Source: Salisapilia sapeloensis CBS 127946 (Eukaryota; Protista; Oomycota). Taken from it: a DNA stretch of 64,000 nt. Made by a program: the position numbers and the translations under genes. The notes under the pieces are model-generated. The model ran no database searches. It was not told the DNA's origin and saw only the letters and a program-made list of their open reading frames with translations. Where the stretch lies: the NCBI GenBank assembly GCA_023334545.1, contig JAADVB010000004.1, positions 112,802 to 176,801 of the forward strand, read 5' to 3'. Below, in pieces: positions 1 to 10,723 of the stretch (its first letter is position 1; every line of letters begins with the position of its first letter).

Positions 1-2
1 AG

Positions 3-716
3 AACTTTACCGCTCGTCTTATCAGTCTGGCCGAATACCGCCAGCAATTGCACCAGTACCTCGTCTCCAAGATGTCTACGGTCGCCCCAAACCTCGCTGC
101 CTTGATCGGCGAAACGGTTGGCGCTCGTCTCATCTCGCACGCCGGTTCCTTGACGAACTTGGCCAAGTGCCCTGCGTCGACGGTGCAGATCCTTGGTGCC
201 GAGAAGGCACTCTTCCGAGCGTTGAAGACCAAGGGAAACACGCCCAAGTATGGTCTTCTCTTCCACTCGTCTTTCATCGGTCGCGCCGGTGCGAAGAACA
301 AGGGCCGTATCTCGCGTTACTTGGCCAACAAGTGTGCCATCGCGTCTCGTATCGATTCGTTCATTGATGAGCCGACTACTAAGTACGGTGACCAGATGAA
401 GGAGCAGGTGGAAGAGCGCCTGGCGTTCTACGACTCGGGAGCCGCACCCCGAAAAAATGCTGACGTGATGCACTCTGTCGCGTCTTCTCTCCAGTCGCCA
501 GAAGAGGCTGCTTTGAACGGTGAGAAGAAGAAGAGCAAGAAGAGCAAGAAGCGTGCCAAGGAAGAGGTAGAGGAAGAGGAAGAGGAGGAAGCGCCGAAGA
601 AGAAGAGTAAGAAGAGCAAGAAGAGTAAGAAAGCAGAAGTAGAAGCGGAACCGGTAGACGACGGTGAGAAGAAGAAAAAGAAGAAGAAGAAGAAGAGCGC
701 CAAGACGGACGCCTAG
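3..716 (+). CDS. NOP56: Nucleolar protein 56 (box C/D snoRNP core protein), C-terminal part; the gene starts before the window
   Basis: The frame is open from position 3 ([20 protein letters not shown]). It contains the Nop-domain signature [45 protein letters not shown] and [17 protein letters not shown] (NOP56-type), and a Lys/Glu-rich KKSKK tail. Confidence 0.95.
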   Translation, partial: NFTARLISLAEYRQQLHQYLVSKMSTVAPNLAALIGETVGARLISHAGSLTNLAKCPASTVQILGAEKALFRALKTKGNTPKYGLLFHSSFIGRAGAKNKGRISRYLANKCAIASRIDSFIDEPTTKYGDQMKEQVEERLAFYDSGAAPRKNADVMHSVASSLQSPEEAALNGEKKKSKKSKKRAKEEVEEEEEEEAPKKKSKKSKKSKKAEVEAEPVDDGEKKKKKKKKKSAKTDA

Positions 717-919
717 GTCTGTGTCGACGCTGCTAACGTTTGCTGCGAATGTACTTTTGATTTTTCGCTATCTTTTGTTTTGTCTTGTAGCTACGTGGGG
801 TTTATCCAGGTAGAAATATTGACTTCTAGATGAAGCGTTGGATTTGAATAACGGACAAGTACATCCGACTAGTCACAAGTAGTTCCTTAGTATTGAATAC
901 GTCTCAGCAGTTTGACCGC

Positions 920-3487
920 ATGATGGCATTTCCACAAGACTCGAGTATTTCTAAAGTCCCTGGCTTCTTCTCGACACACTCTGCTTTGCTAGCAAAGAAA
1001 AACTTTCGCAAGTCTCAACTACTACAGCAAATGTCCAACGGATATGAGAAGACCAGTACTATTCGTGACCTACCTCTTGCTGAACAAGTCCAGCATGACA
1101 ATCAGCCAAAAGTACCAGAACACCAATTAGGCGTTCAGAAAACTGAGAAGCAGACAAGCTTCCGTCCTCCTGTCTGGGTTACCCACGCGAACGACGTACT
1201 GCGCTTCTTCGGATACTTTGAAACAAAGAACGATTACAATAGCATTCATGCCGACAATGTCGTGCGTAGAGTAGTGGTGTATTTCTACCTGGTGGATAAT
1301 ACGATCTCAGTGACAGAGCCAAGAGTTCGGAATAGTGGTATGATGCAAGGAGCTTTTCTTCGACGTGGTGTGGTGTATCGACCAGAGGATAATCAACCGT
1401 ATTCTCCAGAGCATTTACAAGTCGGAGGGTGTGTGCAACTCAATGGTCGGACTATACACTTGGTCGACTGCGACCACGCAACTCGAGCGTATTATCAGCA
1501 GAAAAAAGGAATTAAAATGCCTTCGCCTCTTGCGTATCCAGACGAGAGCCAGCATGAGGTAGGCAAATTGAAACCATCACAAGCCAAGATTACCAGACGA
1601 CGCGAAGCGATTCGACGCGCTGACCGTGCCCGCAAGTTTCATGAAAACAAGGGCAAAGTCCTCCGATTCTATGCGTCGTGGCATGATCGGCATCCTTGGT
1701 ATCCAGAAACGAAGAATTACGTTCTTCATTACTACTTAGAAGATGATACGCTTGACATCGTTGAGGCGAAGACAAACAAGCGAATGGAAAGTGGGCGTGG
1801 TCATTTCTCACTCCTATCACAGCGGCGTCGGATTCAGCGTGATAAGGATACTACGAAAGAAACTGTGTCTAATGTAAAGAGCGACGCAAATGTACAAGAC
1901 GATGGTTATCTGAACGAACTAGACCTCGTATGCGGAAACTATGTGACAATTTGTTCGCGACGATTTTTACTGAATGACTGTGACAAGTTTACGAGGTCTT
2001 ACTACTTAGAAACGCATGGAATTGACCAAAGTAGGCCTGAAACCCAAACAGATACATCATCAGCTCACCCACTTGCCTGGAAGATATTTAAGAAAGAAGA
2101 TGAGAATCAAGATGATGATCGTGCAAATGCTGTAAAGGGTTTGAGAGGAGACATCGGTTTGGATCGTTTAAAAGCACATTTAGAAGACTACCCATTCTAT
2201 AAAAGGGACGCGTTGGACCACAAAGAGCTTCGCTTTCGTGCAAAGTTCGCAGGTAGTTCATTGTCTGAGGTTGATAGAGAACGCAGGTTCCTTGTCAGCT
2301 ATTATCTAGGAGATGACACAATGTCCATTTATGAGCCTGCTCTAGCTAATTCAGGAGTTGTCGGTGGGCAATTCCTTGGCAGAGGTCGGTATCGGAAATC
2401 CAGGCCAAACGATCACTGCCGTGATAAACAGTCCAGCAGGTCATACATTGCCGAAGATATGTATGTTGGAGCAGTGATATGTTTTGACTTTCTACCGAGC
2501 CAAAAGCTACAAATTGTAGAAGCAGACCTACAAACTCTCGACTACTGCGAAATGCATCCAAAGCAGTTTCCGTATTCGAACATAGCTAAAGTGATGTACA
2601 TCATCGTACAGTATATCCTCATGCACAAGGTGCAGAACATTCGCCGTCGATGCCGAAAACTAGATTACGATGGGAAAAAATCGTTTACATCTGCCCAGCT
2701 ACAACTACTCCTGCTGGACATTGGAATACTAGAAACATTAAATGACCATCAATGCCTCACATTGCTTCGAGCTTTTCCCACGCATCCGCATGATCGCCAA
2801 TGTCAAGATCCGCTCTTTGATTATGAGCAGTTCTGTGATGCCATCGCGATGGACTATGCTTGTGAGCACGACACCTGTCCGCAACACACACACCTTCGGC
2901 ATGAACTTGCTACAGTTAGGGGCTTACGTTGGCTTCTAGCGTCATCATGCAATGATGCCAACCAAAGCCTTCGCGGGAATGATATTGAGCACATTTTTGA
3001 CATGAATGGCATTGCTGTAGACGATGAAGCTAAGCGAGAGCTTCAAGACCTTGTAAATAGCTCTGGAGGCAAGGTTTCTAGTCAGCTATTGTGCGATTAC
3101 GTCCTTCTGTTACCATTCGACGATTTGACCAGTGACTTTGAAGAGTTAGCGTATCAATCGACAGAGAATTTCTCTTCAACTCCTGAGACTCTGAAGGCAT
3201 CAAAGGAGACAGAAGCGCAGGTGAAAATTCAAGAGCAAGCGAAACTGGAACGAGTGCGTAAAGTTCTTCAAGAGTATTTTTTCAATCGAAAGTATGAACT
3301 ACGTCGTGCATTGCGAAGGCAAGATAATGGCGGAAGTGGGCAAGTGTTCGAAGATGATTTCATGGCAGCCTTATCGTCCGTCGAACCAAACCTTCGTGAC
3401 GAAGATATGTTCATTATTGCTCAAACCTACTTTCCGACCAACAATTCAGTGTTGAACTACACTGATTTTCTTCAACATGCTTTCTGA
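920..3487 (+). CDS. EFHC1/EFHC2 (RIB72)-like axonemal protein with three DM10 domains and a C-terminal EF-hand-like region
   Basis: Intronless ORF with the first ATG at 920. Three DM10 repeats: VLRFFGYF..YFYLVDNTISVTEPRVRNSGMMQGAFLRR; VLRFYASW..YYLEDDTLDIVE; LRFRAKF..SYYLGDDTMSIYEPALANSGVVGGQFL. Confidence 0.88.
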   Translation: MMAFPQDSSISKVPGFFSTHSALLAKKNFRKSQLLQQMSNGYEKTSTIRDLPLAEQVQHDNQPKVPEHQLGVQKTEKQTSFRPPVWVTHANDVLRFFGYFETKNDYNSIHADNVVRRVVVYFYLVDNTISVTEPRVRNSGMMQGAFLRRGVVYRPEDNQPYSPEHLQVGGCVQLNGRTIHLVDCDHATRAYYQQKKGIKMPSPLAYPDESQHEVGKLKPSQAKITRRREAIRRADRARKFHENKGKVLRFYASWHDRHPWYPETKNYVLHYYLEDDTLDIVEAKTNKRMESGRGHFSLLSQRRRIQRDKDTTKETVSNVKSDANVQDDGYLNELDLVCGNYVTICSRRFLLNDCDKFTRSYYLETHGIDQSRPETQTDTSSAHPLAWKIFKKEDENQDDDRANAVKGLRGDIGLDRLKAHLEDYPFYKRDALDHKELRFRAKFAGSSLSEVDRERRFLVSYYLGDDTMSIYEPALANSGVVGGQFLGRGRYRKSRPNDHCRDKQSSRSYIAEDMYVGAVICFDFLPSQKLQIVEADLQTLDYCEMHPKQFPYSNIAKVMYIIVQYILMHKVQNIRRRCRKLDYDGKKSFTSAQLQLLLLDIGILETLNDHQCLTLLRAFPTHPHDRQCQDPLFDYEQFCDAIAMDYACEHDTCPQHTHLRHELATVRGLRWLLASSCNDANQSLRGNDIEHIFDMNGIAVDDEAKRELQDLVNSSGGKVSSQLLCDYVLLLPFDDLTSDFEELAYQSTENFSSTPETLKASKETEAQVKIQEQAKLERVRKVLQEYFFNRKYELRRALRRQDNGGSGQVFEDDFMAALSSVEPNLRDEDMFIIAQTYFPTNNSVLNYTDFLQHAF

Positions 3488-3498
3488 CAAGAAAGAAA

Positions 3499-5293
3499 CT
3501 ACGTGAGCTCTGCATTCTCAACGCTTTGGGCCCAAGCTGGAGCTGGAGCTTTGTATACTTGACCAGCAATCTATAGGAGATAGTCAGTCCAGTGCAATAC
3601 AAGCCCCACTTTAGCTAATTTTACCTTGTACTCAAAGGCGTGGAGCCATATTCGACTGCAATGCAGTTGCGTCTCGTTAAAAGCGTCATTGTCGCCAATG
3701 CGGCACCAAGCACACGTTCGTTTCATGAACTCTTCCTCCGTCTCACCTTCCTTTTGCGCAACAGCATAGTCCACACCATTGCCATCATTCTCCTTCACAA
3801 CTCGGCTTTCCTCTTGCTTTAGTTTTGCTTGTTTAATGAGTTCTTTTCTATCATCGCTTTCGCCTAGGTGTAGTTCACCACCGTAGCACGGGTCATTTGC
3901 AATTGGATACCCAATTAACTGAAGGTGAAGTCGAATCTGATGTGTTCGACCCGTGACAGGGTAGCATTTCACGACCGTAGTCGGTGTCGGGACTTGATCG
4001 GAAGGGCCAAGTACCGAAGATACTTGAACAACCGTCTCGGAAGCTTTTCCATCTTCATGACACTCCCAAATGCCACGTTTGGCGGAAAGGCAGCGCAGTG
4101 GACAATTAATCCGGATGCAATTCTCGTCTTCGAACGTAACTGTTGCGATGGAGCACGATCTATGGGCTGTAGCTATCACCTGCTCCTGGAATGGAGCATC
4201 AAATGATTTAGGAATAGATCCTTTGGCGCGAGCAAGGTATGTCTTTGAAGCTTCATGCGCAGCTATATTTAGGTGTAAGGGTAATGCTATCAACAGAAGG
4301 CAGTGTATGTGTCTTACCTATAGCGAGTGAGAGCTCTTTTGCTTTGGTCGAGTTCTTGGCAAATACGACAATTCCTGTATGAAAGTTAATCAAGGCTTGT
4401 CAGACGGAGGCCGATGAATACTGTACCTGATGTAAGCCTATCAATGCGATGGACAATATGCAGTTGACCAACATTAAAGCGCTTGTGCTGCATGATTGCA
4501 TGCAACGAATTCTGGTGATAGGCACCTGAAGCATGTGTTGGGATGGATGGAGGCTTCGATACGACCATCTATAGACATTTACGCCGAATCAAACATATGC
4601 GTGTGGCGACTAGTTCAGATGATGACGTACTACATCGTCATCTTCGTAGACAACTGGGATTTCTTCTCCTGAGACTGGAGGTTCGTGACGATGCGTCTAA
4701 ACATGTAATATGTCAAAATTGCACCGCGGTTCAGTATTGACAGTATGACACTGAACCTTGTGAATAAGCAAATCTCCATTTTGAATCTTGGTGTTCGGAG
4801 AAACGACTTGGTGATTGACTGTGATTCGCCCAGACTTGATTGCAAATTCCTGCCGTAAAGATGCCAAGTCAGTGATATGTCGAGCATACTTGTAGTGTCA
4901 AAAATATTTACATAATACTCGGGTGACTGGGCCCCAAATTCAGTCGTAAAAATTTCAAAGAGCTCTCTTTGGAACCAACGCTGTTTGGCAAACGTGCGAA
5001 ACTCGTAGATGTACGGCTTTACCACGCGATAACCTAGATCCACAGTAGCATTTCATGTAAAAACCTGTTTCTTGTTGCTAGTGACAAAGGGACGGACCAT
5101 GCTGGAAGTGGTATTCGGGAGTTGGTGTCTGATACTCTCGTATTTGCTTCGTATCGCACTTGCGGCGCTTTTTACGCTCACGTCGAGACTCTTTCGACCC
5201 ATTTGCTCGTTCATGCTTTTTAGGCACTTCTTTGGTTTCGACAAAAGTATCTGCAGCAGCAAGACCGTCTTTCGCACCATCCTGAGTCGCCAT
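3499..5293 (-). CDS. RluA-family RNA pseudouridine synthase (RPUSD2/RIB2-like), multi-exon
   Basis: ATG at 5293. Spliced exons give YHFQHGYRVVKPYIYEFRTFAKQRWF, THRHEPPV, VVSKPPSIPTHASGAYHQNSL, catalytic HRIDRLTSG, PVTGRTHQIRLHLQLIGYPIANDPCY and IWLHAFEY. The predicted last exon IAGQVYKAPAPAWA ends with TAG at 3499-3501. Internal splice sites are approximate. Confidence 0.9.
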
Positions 5294-5496
5294 CCTATTG
5301 CTTTGGTATTTCGTGTCCAAGAGATTGTGCTGTCTCTTACTAGTTATCATCTACAGTACGTTTCGCTAGGTTACCAGTAGCTGTGCTAGTACAGTTGTCG
5401 GTCGCTGTACCTCTCGTCACGCAAAAATCTCTAAAGTGAGGATAGACGACAGACTACATTGCTACGGATGAAATGGAAATGTTGCTTCTATTTGTT

Positions 5497-8400
5497 TTAT
5501 TGCAGCAATGGCGTCTTTTCATTCACACGAATGGCGTACATGTCTCTATCGACGTCAAGTTTCACTTCTGGAGGCGTGTAGTAGCGTAGCAAGAGTGAAG
5601 ACGTCACAACGCACACCGACGACAGCGCCATCGCAGCTCCAGCGAACATAGGTGGAATACTGAATCCCCATGGGTACAAAGCTCCAGCTGCAAGTGGGAT
5701 CAAAATCAAGTTGTACCCGAGTGCCCAGACATAGTTGAGCTTGATCCTGGTAAAGATACGTCGCGTAAGGTGGAGCGCAGTCACCACATCCCGCAGATCG
5801 GACTTCATGAGGACCAAGTCCGCCGTCTCCACCGCAATCTCCGTTCCAGCTCCAACGGCGACTCCAAGGTCGGCTTGAGCGAGGGCAGGAGAGTCGTTAA
5901 TGCCATCACCGACCATCGCTACAATCTTCCCTTTCTCCTGCAGTTCCTCTACTTTCAATGCCTTTGCGGATGGTACGACACCAGCCATCACTTTCGTCGG
6001 GTCCAGACCCAATTGATTGGCAACAGCCAGCGCCGTCCGTGGGTTATCACCAGTGACCATCCAGGTCTCGATTCCCATCGACTGTAGCTTTCGAATGGTA
6101 CTCTTTGCCTCTGGGCGAGGTGCATCGGCAACTGCAATGGCAGCAACGAAATTACCATCGATGGAAATGTATACCGACGTTTTACCGTCGTGCTGGAACC
6201 TCCCGACCGCTTGCTGTACAGCCACCAAGGACGTCTTTTCAATTTTGTTCTCCAGCATCCAGTCGTGATTCCCGACAGCTACCTCGTGGCCATCGACAGT
6301 GCACACGATGCCCTTCCCAGACACTCCATTAAACCCCGAAGGCTGGACCAAACTCTCCTTGGAGACATACTGGACAATCGCTCTTCCAAGCGAATGCTCG
6401 CTGCCAAGTTCTGCACTAGCAGCCAGACGCATCACCTCCTTCTCTGTCCATTTGCTAGACGACACAACAACATCTGTCACAGTAGGCTTTCCAACCGTCA
6501 ATGTTCCAGTCTTGTCGAACAGGACAGCATCTACGTGATGTGCCATCTCCAACGGCTCTCCACCTTTGATCAACACGCCATGCCTCGCGCCTGTACCTGT
6601 GCCCACCATGACAGCAGTCGGAGTCGCCAGACCTAAAGCACAAGGACAGGCTACAACGAGCGTTGCGATAGCAAAGTTAAAGGCAAACATAAAGCTACTG
6701 TCTGTCTTTGGAATCCAGTCGGTAGGGACAAGACCCAATACTGTCGCAGTGTACCAGACGACAAACGTCACGAGCGAGACGATTAGGACGAACGGGACGA
6801 AGATAGAGGCAATGTAGTCTGCATACGCCTGTATGGGCGCTTTCGACGCCTGCGCGTTGTTGACGAGTCGGATGATTTGGCTTAACGCAGTCTCGTCCTG
6901 CACTCCTGTCACTTGCATGTGGAAGAGCCCTTCCACATTAATTGTCGCACCAAGCACTTGATCTCCTTTCACTTTCTTCACCGGTTTGGATTCGCCCGTC
7001 AGCATAGATTCATCCAATTTTCCATCTCCAAACACGATCTTGCCATCCACTGGAACTGCCGCTCCTCGCACGACTTTCAACATATCTCCTTTTTGCACGA
7101 CTTCGATCGGAACCACCTTTTCGTCTTTCACTTGACCCTTTTCGAGCACAAGTAGCGTCGCAGACTTGGCTTGTAAGTCCATGAGCTTACTTAGTGCCTC
7201 AGATGTCTTTCCCTTTGCACTTGCTTCTAGACTTTTACCCAACAAGACGAACGATATGAGCATGGATGACGTCATGAAGAGATCGGGATTGCACATGGCT
7301 GTATTGTGGAGAAACGCGCCACGGAGCATCCCGAGACAGCCGTAGAAAAAGGCGGCGGAAGAGCCCATGGACACTAGGAAGGACATGTTCAACACACCAT
7401 TCCGTACGCCATGCACAGCATCCACGTGGAAGCGACGACCTGCATACAGCTGCACTGGCGCTGCTAGTGCGAGGATAATGACCGAAGTGAACGTAATACC
7501 TGGGATGAAGGTCGACTGAAGGGCGTCGTAAAGTAGTGGCATGTACGGTGTCAGCAACATGATGATGACGATCGGGGCAGTAAACAATAGAGCAAAAGCG
7601 AGATCCTTGTGGTACCTCTGAATCTCCTTTTCCCTTTGATCCGTCAACTGCTTCCCAAGCTCATTCGATGAAGTCATCGTAGCATCATACCCCACGAGTT
7701 CCACTTGATCCATCAAGTCCGTCACGTGCACTTGACTCGGATCCACTTGAATAGTGGCTGTATCCGTAGCGAAAGAGACGGAAGCAGAGATAACACCAGG
7801 CATGTTGTTTAGTGCGTTCTCGACAGCTGACGAGCAGGAGTTACACGTCATCCCACCGATGATCAGCCTCACTTCTTTCACCTCGCTCTGTGGAATGTCA
7901 ATGGCAACATCCTGCTTTATTGGTGAAGAAGTTTGCGACTCGCAGCTCTTTATTCCATTCGACTGTGTACTAGCAGTCTCACTGTCAAAAGCCTGGTTAG
8001 TGACAAAACTGTGCTGAAGTGGTTGAGCAGAGAACTTCTTGTGAATAGACTCGACTTCATGGATCAGATCTGGAGTAGACATTGCTGCCTGTGGATCCAA
8101 GTAGATCAGAGACGTTTCCGATGGAAAGTCTACAATGGCATGGAGCACACCTTTCGTCTCATTCAGGTGACGCTCGATTTTCTTGGCACACCCTTTAGCA
8201 CAGGTCATGCCACCAATCTCCAATTGGATCGTCCGAAAGTGAGTATAATCCGCAACGAAGTCTTGGGCATCGTATGATCCTTCCATATTGCGAATGCCCT
8301 TAATAATCGAATCCGGAGTGGACTGCGTTCCAGCTTTTAACAGCACGACTGCTCGCTGTTTGGAAAAGTCGACTGTAGCATCCTGGACGTCCTCCATTTG

Positions 8401-9096
8401 AGCAAGCGACTGTTCAATCTTCTTGGCACAGCCTTGGGCGCAGTGCATACCGGAAACTTGGAGCAGGATAGCTTCAGGGAGTGGACGCGGCTCACTAGTT
8501 GTTTGCACTTCCGTTGTGGTTGGCTGATTGTCCTCTGCTTGGACACAGAACCGCTTTTCAATCGACTCTACTGCCTGGATAAGATCGTGTGAGGTGACAC
8601 TCGATCCTTTGGCTAGAGTCACGTCCGCTGTGTTAGTCTCAGACTTGACGCAAACGTGTACTACGCCTGGTACCCGCTCTATCGCTCGTACAACTCGTCG
8701 ACCACATTTGGACATGCATCTCATGCCACCCACATGCAGCGTAATTGTGCGTTGGGGAGCTTGCCAGACTGGATACACTTCGTCCTGACCGCCTGTGGAC
8801 GATAGCGCAAGGTCTACCAGCTCCATTTCACTCTCACTGTCCAATGGATGGTGCAGGTCAATTTTAACGAGGCCATTCTCTACATCTACAAAGGTGCTTT
8901 TGACTAAATCACATTGGTCCAGCTCCTCTGGGATGGTCTGACTCGAGTCAGACGCCTCTTCATGAAGTGTTGGAATGTATAGCAGTGCAACGTGTCCATA
9001 CCCAAACGAAGGAGTGGATGTGACGAATGGCACATCTTCCTCCGGTTGCACACATTCGGAAGGTATATCATCTAAAGTACTTTCGTCGGCAGTCAT
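5497..9096 (-). CDS. Copper(I)-transporting P1B-type ATPase (ATP7/CCC2/RAN1 class) with four N-terminal HMA domains
   Basis: Intronless; first ATG at 9096. Motifs: TGES, CPC (VACPCALGLATP), DKTGT, TGDN, GDGINDSPAL, TM7 YN and TM8 MxxS, which are the Cu(+) P1B-1 signatures. Confidence 0.96.
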   Translation of the reverse strand: MTADESTLDDIPSECVQPEEDVPFVTSTPSFGYGHVALLYIPTLHEEASDSSQTIPEELDQCDLVKSTFVDVENGLVKIDLHHPLDSESEMELVDLALSSTGGQDEVYPVWQAPQRTITLHVGGMRCMSKCGRRVVRAIERVPGVVHVCVKSETNTADVTLAKGSSVTSHDLIQAVESIEKRFCVQAEDNQPTTTEVQTTSEPRPLPEAILLQVSGMHCAQGCAKKIEQSLAQMEDVQDATVDFSKQRAVVLLKAGTQSTPDSIIKGIRNMEGSYDAQDFVADYTHFRTIQLEIGGMTCAKGCAKKIERHLNETKGVLHAIVDFPSETSLIYLDPQAAMSTPDLIHEVESIHKKFSAQPLQHSFVTNQAFDSETASTQSNGIKSCESQTSSPIKQDVAIDIPQSEVKEVRLIIGGMTCNSCSSAVENALNNMPGVISASVSFATDTATIQVDPSQVHVTDLMDQVELVGYDATMTSSNELGKQLTDQREKEIQRYHKDLAFALLFTAPIVIIMLLTPYMPLLYDALQSTFIPGITFTSVIILALAAPVQLYAGRRFHVDAVHGVRNGVLNMSFLVSMGSSAAFFYGCLGMLRGAFLHNTAMCNPDLFMTSSMLISFVLLGKSLEASAKGKTSEALSKLMDLQAKSATLLVLEKGQVKDEKVVPIEVVQKGDMLKVVRGAAVPVDGKIVFGDGKLDESMLTGESKPVKKVKGDQVLGATINVEGLFHMQVTGVQDETALSQIIRLVNNAQASKAPIQAYADYIASIFVPFVLIVSLVTFVVWYTATVLGLVPTDWIPKTDSSFMFAFNFAIATLVVACPCALGLATPTAVMVGTGTGARHGVLIKGGEPLEMAHHVDAVLFDKTGTLTVGKPTVTDVVVSSSKWTEKEVMRLAASAELGSEHSLGRAIVQYVSKESLVQPSGFNGVSGKGIVCTVDGHEVAVGNHDWMLENKIEKTSLVAVQQAVGRFQHDGKTSVYISIDGNFVAAIAVADAPRPEAKSTIRKLQSMGIETWMVTGDNPRTALAVANQLGLDPTKVMAGVVPSAKALKVEELQEKGKIVAMVGDGINDSPALAQADLGVAVGAGTEIAVETADLVLMKSDLRDVVTALHLTRRIFTRIKLNYVWALGYNLILIPLAAGALYPWGFSIPPMFAGAAMALSSVCVVTSSLLLRYYTPPEVKLDVDRDMYAIRVNEKTPLLQ

Positions 9097-9233
9097 GATG
9101 CCCCGAGCCCAATTGACCAAATGACCAGCAGTTCAGACGCGAGTCTTCCAACATATCATTCGTTAAAACCCCTTCGTTTCAGCCAATCGCAAGCCATGTA
9201 CACAATCTCTGGACACAAAGTGGTGAAAACGTC

Positions 9234-10631
9234 ATGAAGGCTTTGTGGCGAGGTTCTGGGGGTCGTGTCACGGCTCTAGCTCGTGTTCCGTCCAATCTTT
9301 ATGCCTTGACAAGTACCTTGGATACTGCTGGACAGACATGCAGCATTCACACTTCGTCCGTGCTTCTTGCGAGACGAAAACGGGGCAGTCGCGGTCAGCC
9401 AGCAGAAGGCCAGGTGATTGCGTCGGGCGTAGTGCCTCCTCCACGTCGTTTGCAAGACATCCCAGAGGTTCTTTAATGTGAATGAACTTGTAAAGAGTAT
9501 ATATGAACTGATATTTGTTGTGATGCAGGATGAACTAAACGTGTTCAAGAAATGGGTCGAGGATGTTGAGCAAAAGACCGAGTCGCGTCGCCGAGAACGT
9601 CGTAAGCAGAAAGTTGAGGACTTTACGCCTTTACCAGAGGTGGATTCCAAATACAGAAAAGGTCTCAAGGATCCGGAACCAGCTCAGGTCACGAACGACG
9701 TATTTGATGAAGTGGACCCGGAAGCCTTGAAAGAATTTGACGAGACGGACATTGACGACGAGGAGACGGAAGAGTTCATGGAAGAAGTAGACAACCTCTT
9801 TGCTCTCACGCCAGAGGAGTTTGAGAAGCGGATGGAGAAAATGGATGAAAAGCCTACTCCAGCCCACAAACGCAGCGCCGAAAGCGCCGATGCTGACGAC
9901 GATGAGGATGAAGACCAAGAAGATGATGATGAGCAGCCTATTCTACAGTCGGAACGAGCCACTCGCATGATGAACAAAAAGGCGCTCTTAAATGCACTCG
10001 ACGGCGGCCATAAAAGAGCAGACCAAAGTCTAGTCACGAAAGCAGGTATGTTCGATCCTACCTTGTATCTTATCCATTTCCTAACACCAGCATCTACAGA
10101 TTCCAAAGCCAAGGCGCCTTTAACGAAGAAGACAAACGCTGGTAGAAAAGAGAAGGCATCCTTCCGTCAAGACCGTATCGAAACGTCTGTACAACACTTT
10201 ACGCAATCCCTGTTCCTCCAAGACGCCTATCGCAAATCTCTGGACATCATCCCAAACGTCTTGGAAGTACGTTTTCCTACCTCCTACGCTAAGATCATGG
10301 CTAATAAAAAGTAGGTGACAGCCACAGGTGACCTACGCCGCATCGTCGTGTACTGGGAACCGATGCGTCTAGGATCGACGGACCAAGACGTTGGCAAACG
10401 CAAGGTGGAGGCTGTTCGGAAGAACCTGCAGAACCAGCAGCCGTGGCTCCAGCGTCGTATCACTCGCCATCTCAACCTAAAGGTATTCTCTCTTCTACAC
10501 CAGATACGACAATATCTAACCAGAATGAACAGTTTGGTCCGACCGTCGAGTTCAGGAGACGCAAGGAGAACAAGGCAGATGATGCTCGTTCGATGTTCGA
10601 CGAGGAAATGGAATGGCTAGATCGGTTTTAA
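9234..10631 (+). CDS. RBFA: Mitochondrial ribosome-binding factor A (RbfA)-like protein, about 397 aa, 5 exons
   Basis: Predicted introns at 9468-9528, 10046-10090, 10267-10314 and 10483-10532 (all GT-AG) join the ORF fragments in frame. The N-terminus is Arg-rich and acid-poor, like a presequence (MKALWRGSGGRVTALAR). The C-terminus reads VLEVTATGDLRRIVVYW...LQRRITRHLNLKFGPTVEF, resembling the RbfA pattern V.VSPDL..A.VY...L.LRY.PEL.F. Confidence 0.72.
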
Positions 10632-10723
10632 GATACACTAGTAAGGCAAAAACCAATTCCCATTGTGGCAAACCTAGGACAGTGGCAACCTATCATGGAC
10701 TTGGTTTCGTTCTCGTCAACTGC

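Noticed and set aside
520-710. AAG/GAG-rich tandem repeats as a microsatellite or repeat element
   Set aside because: They encode the normal Lys/Glu-rich tail of NOP56.
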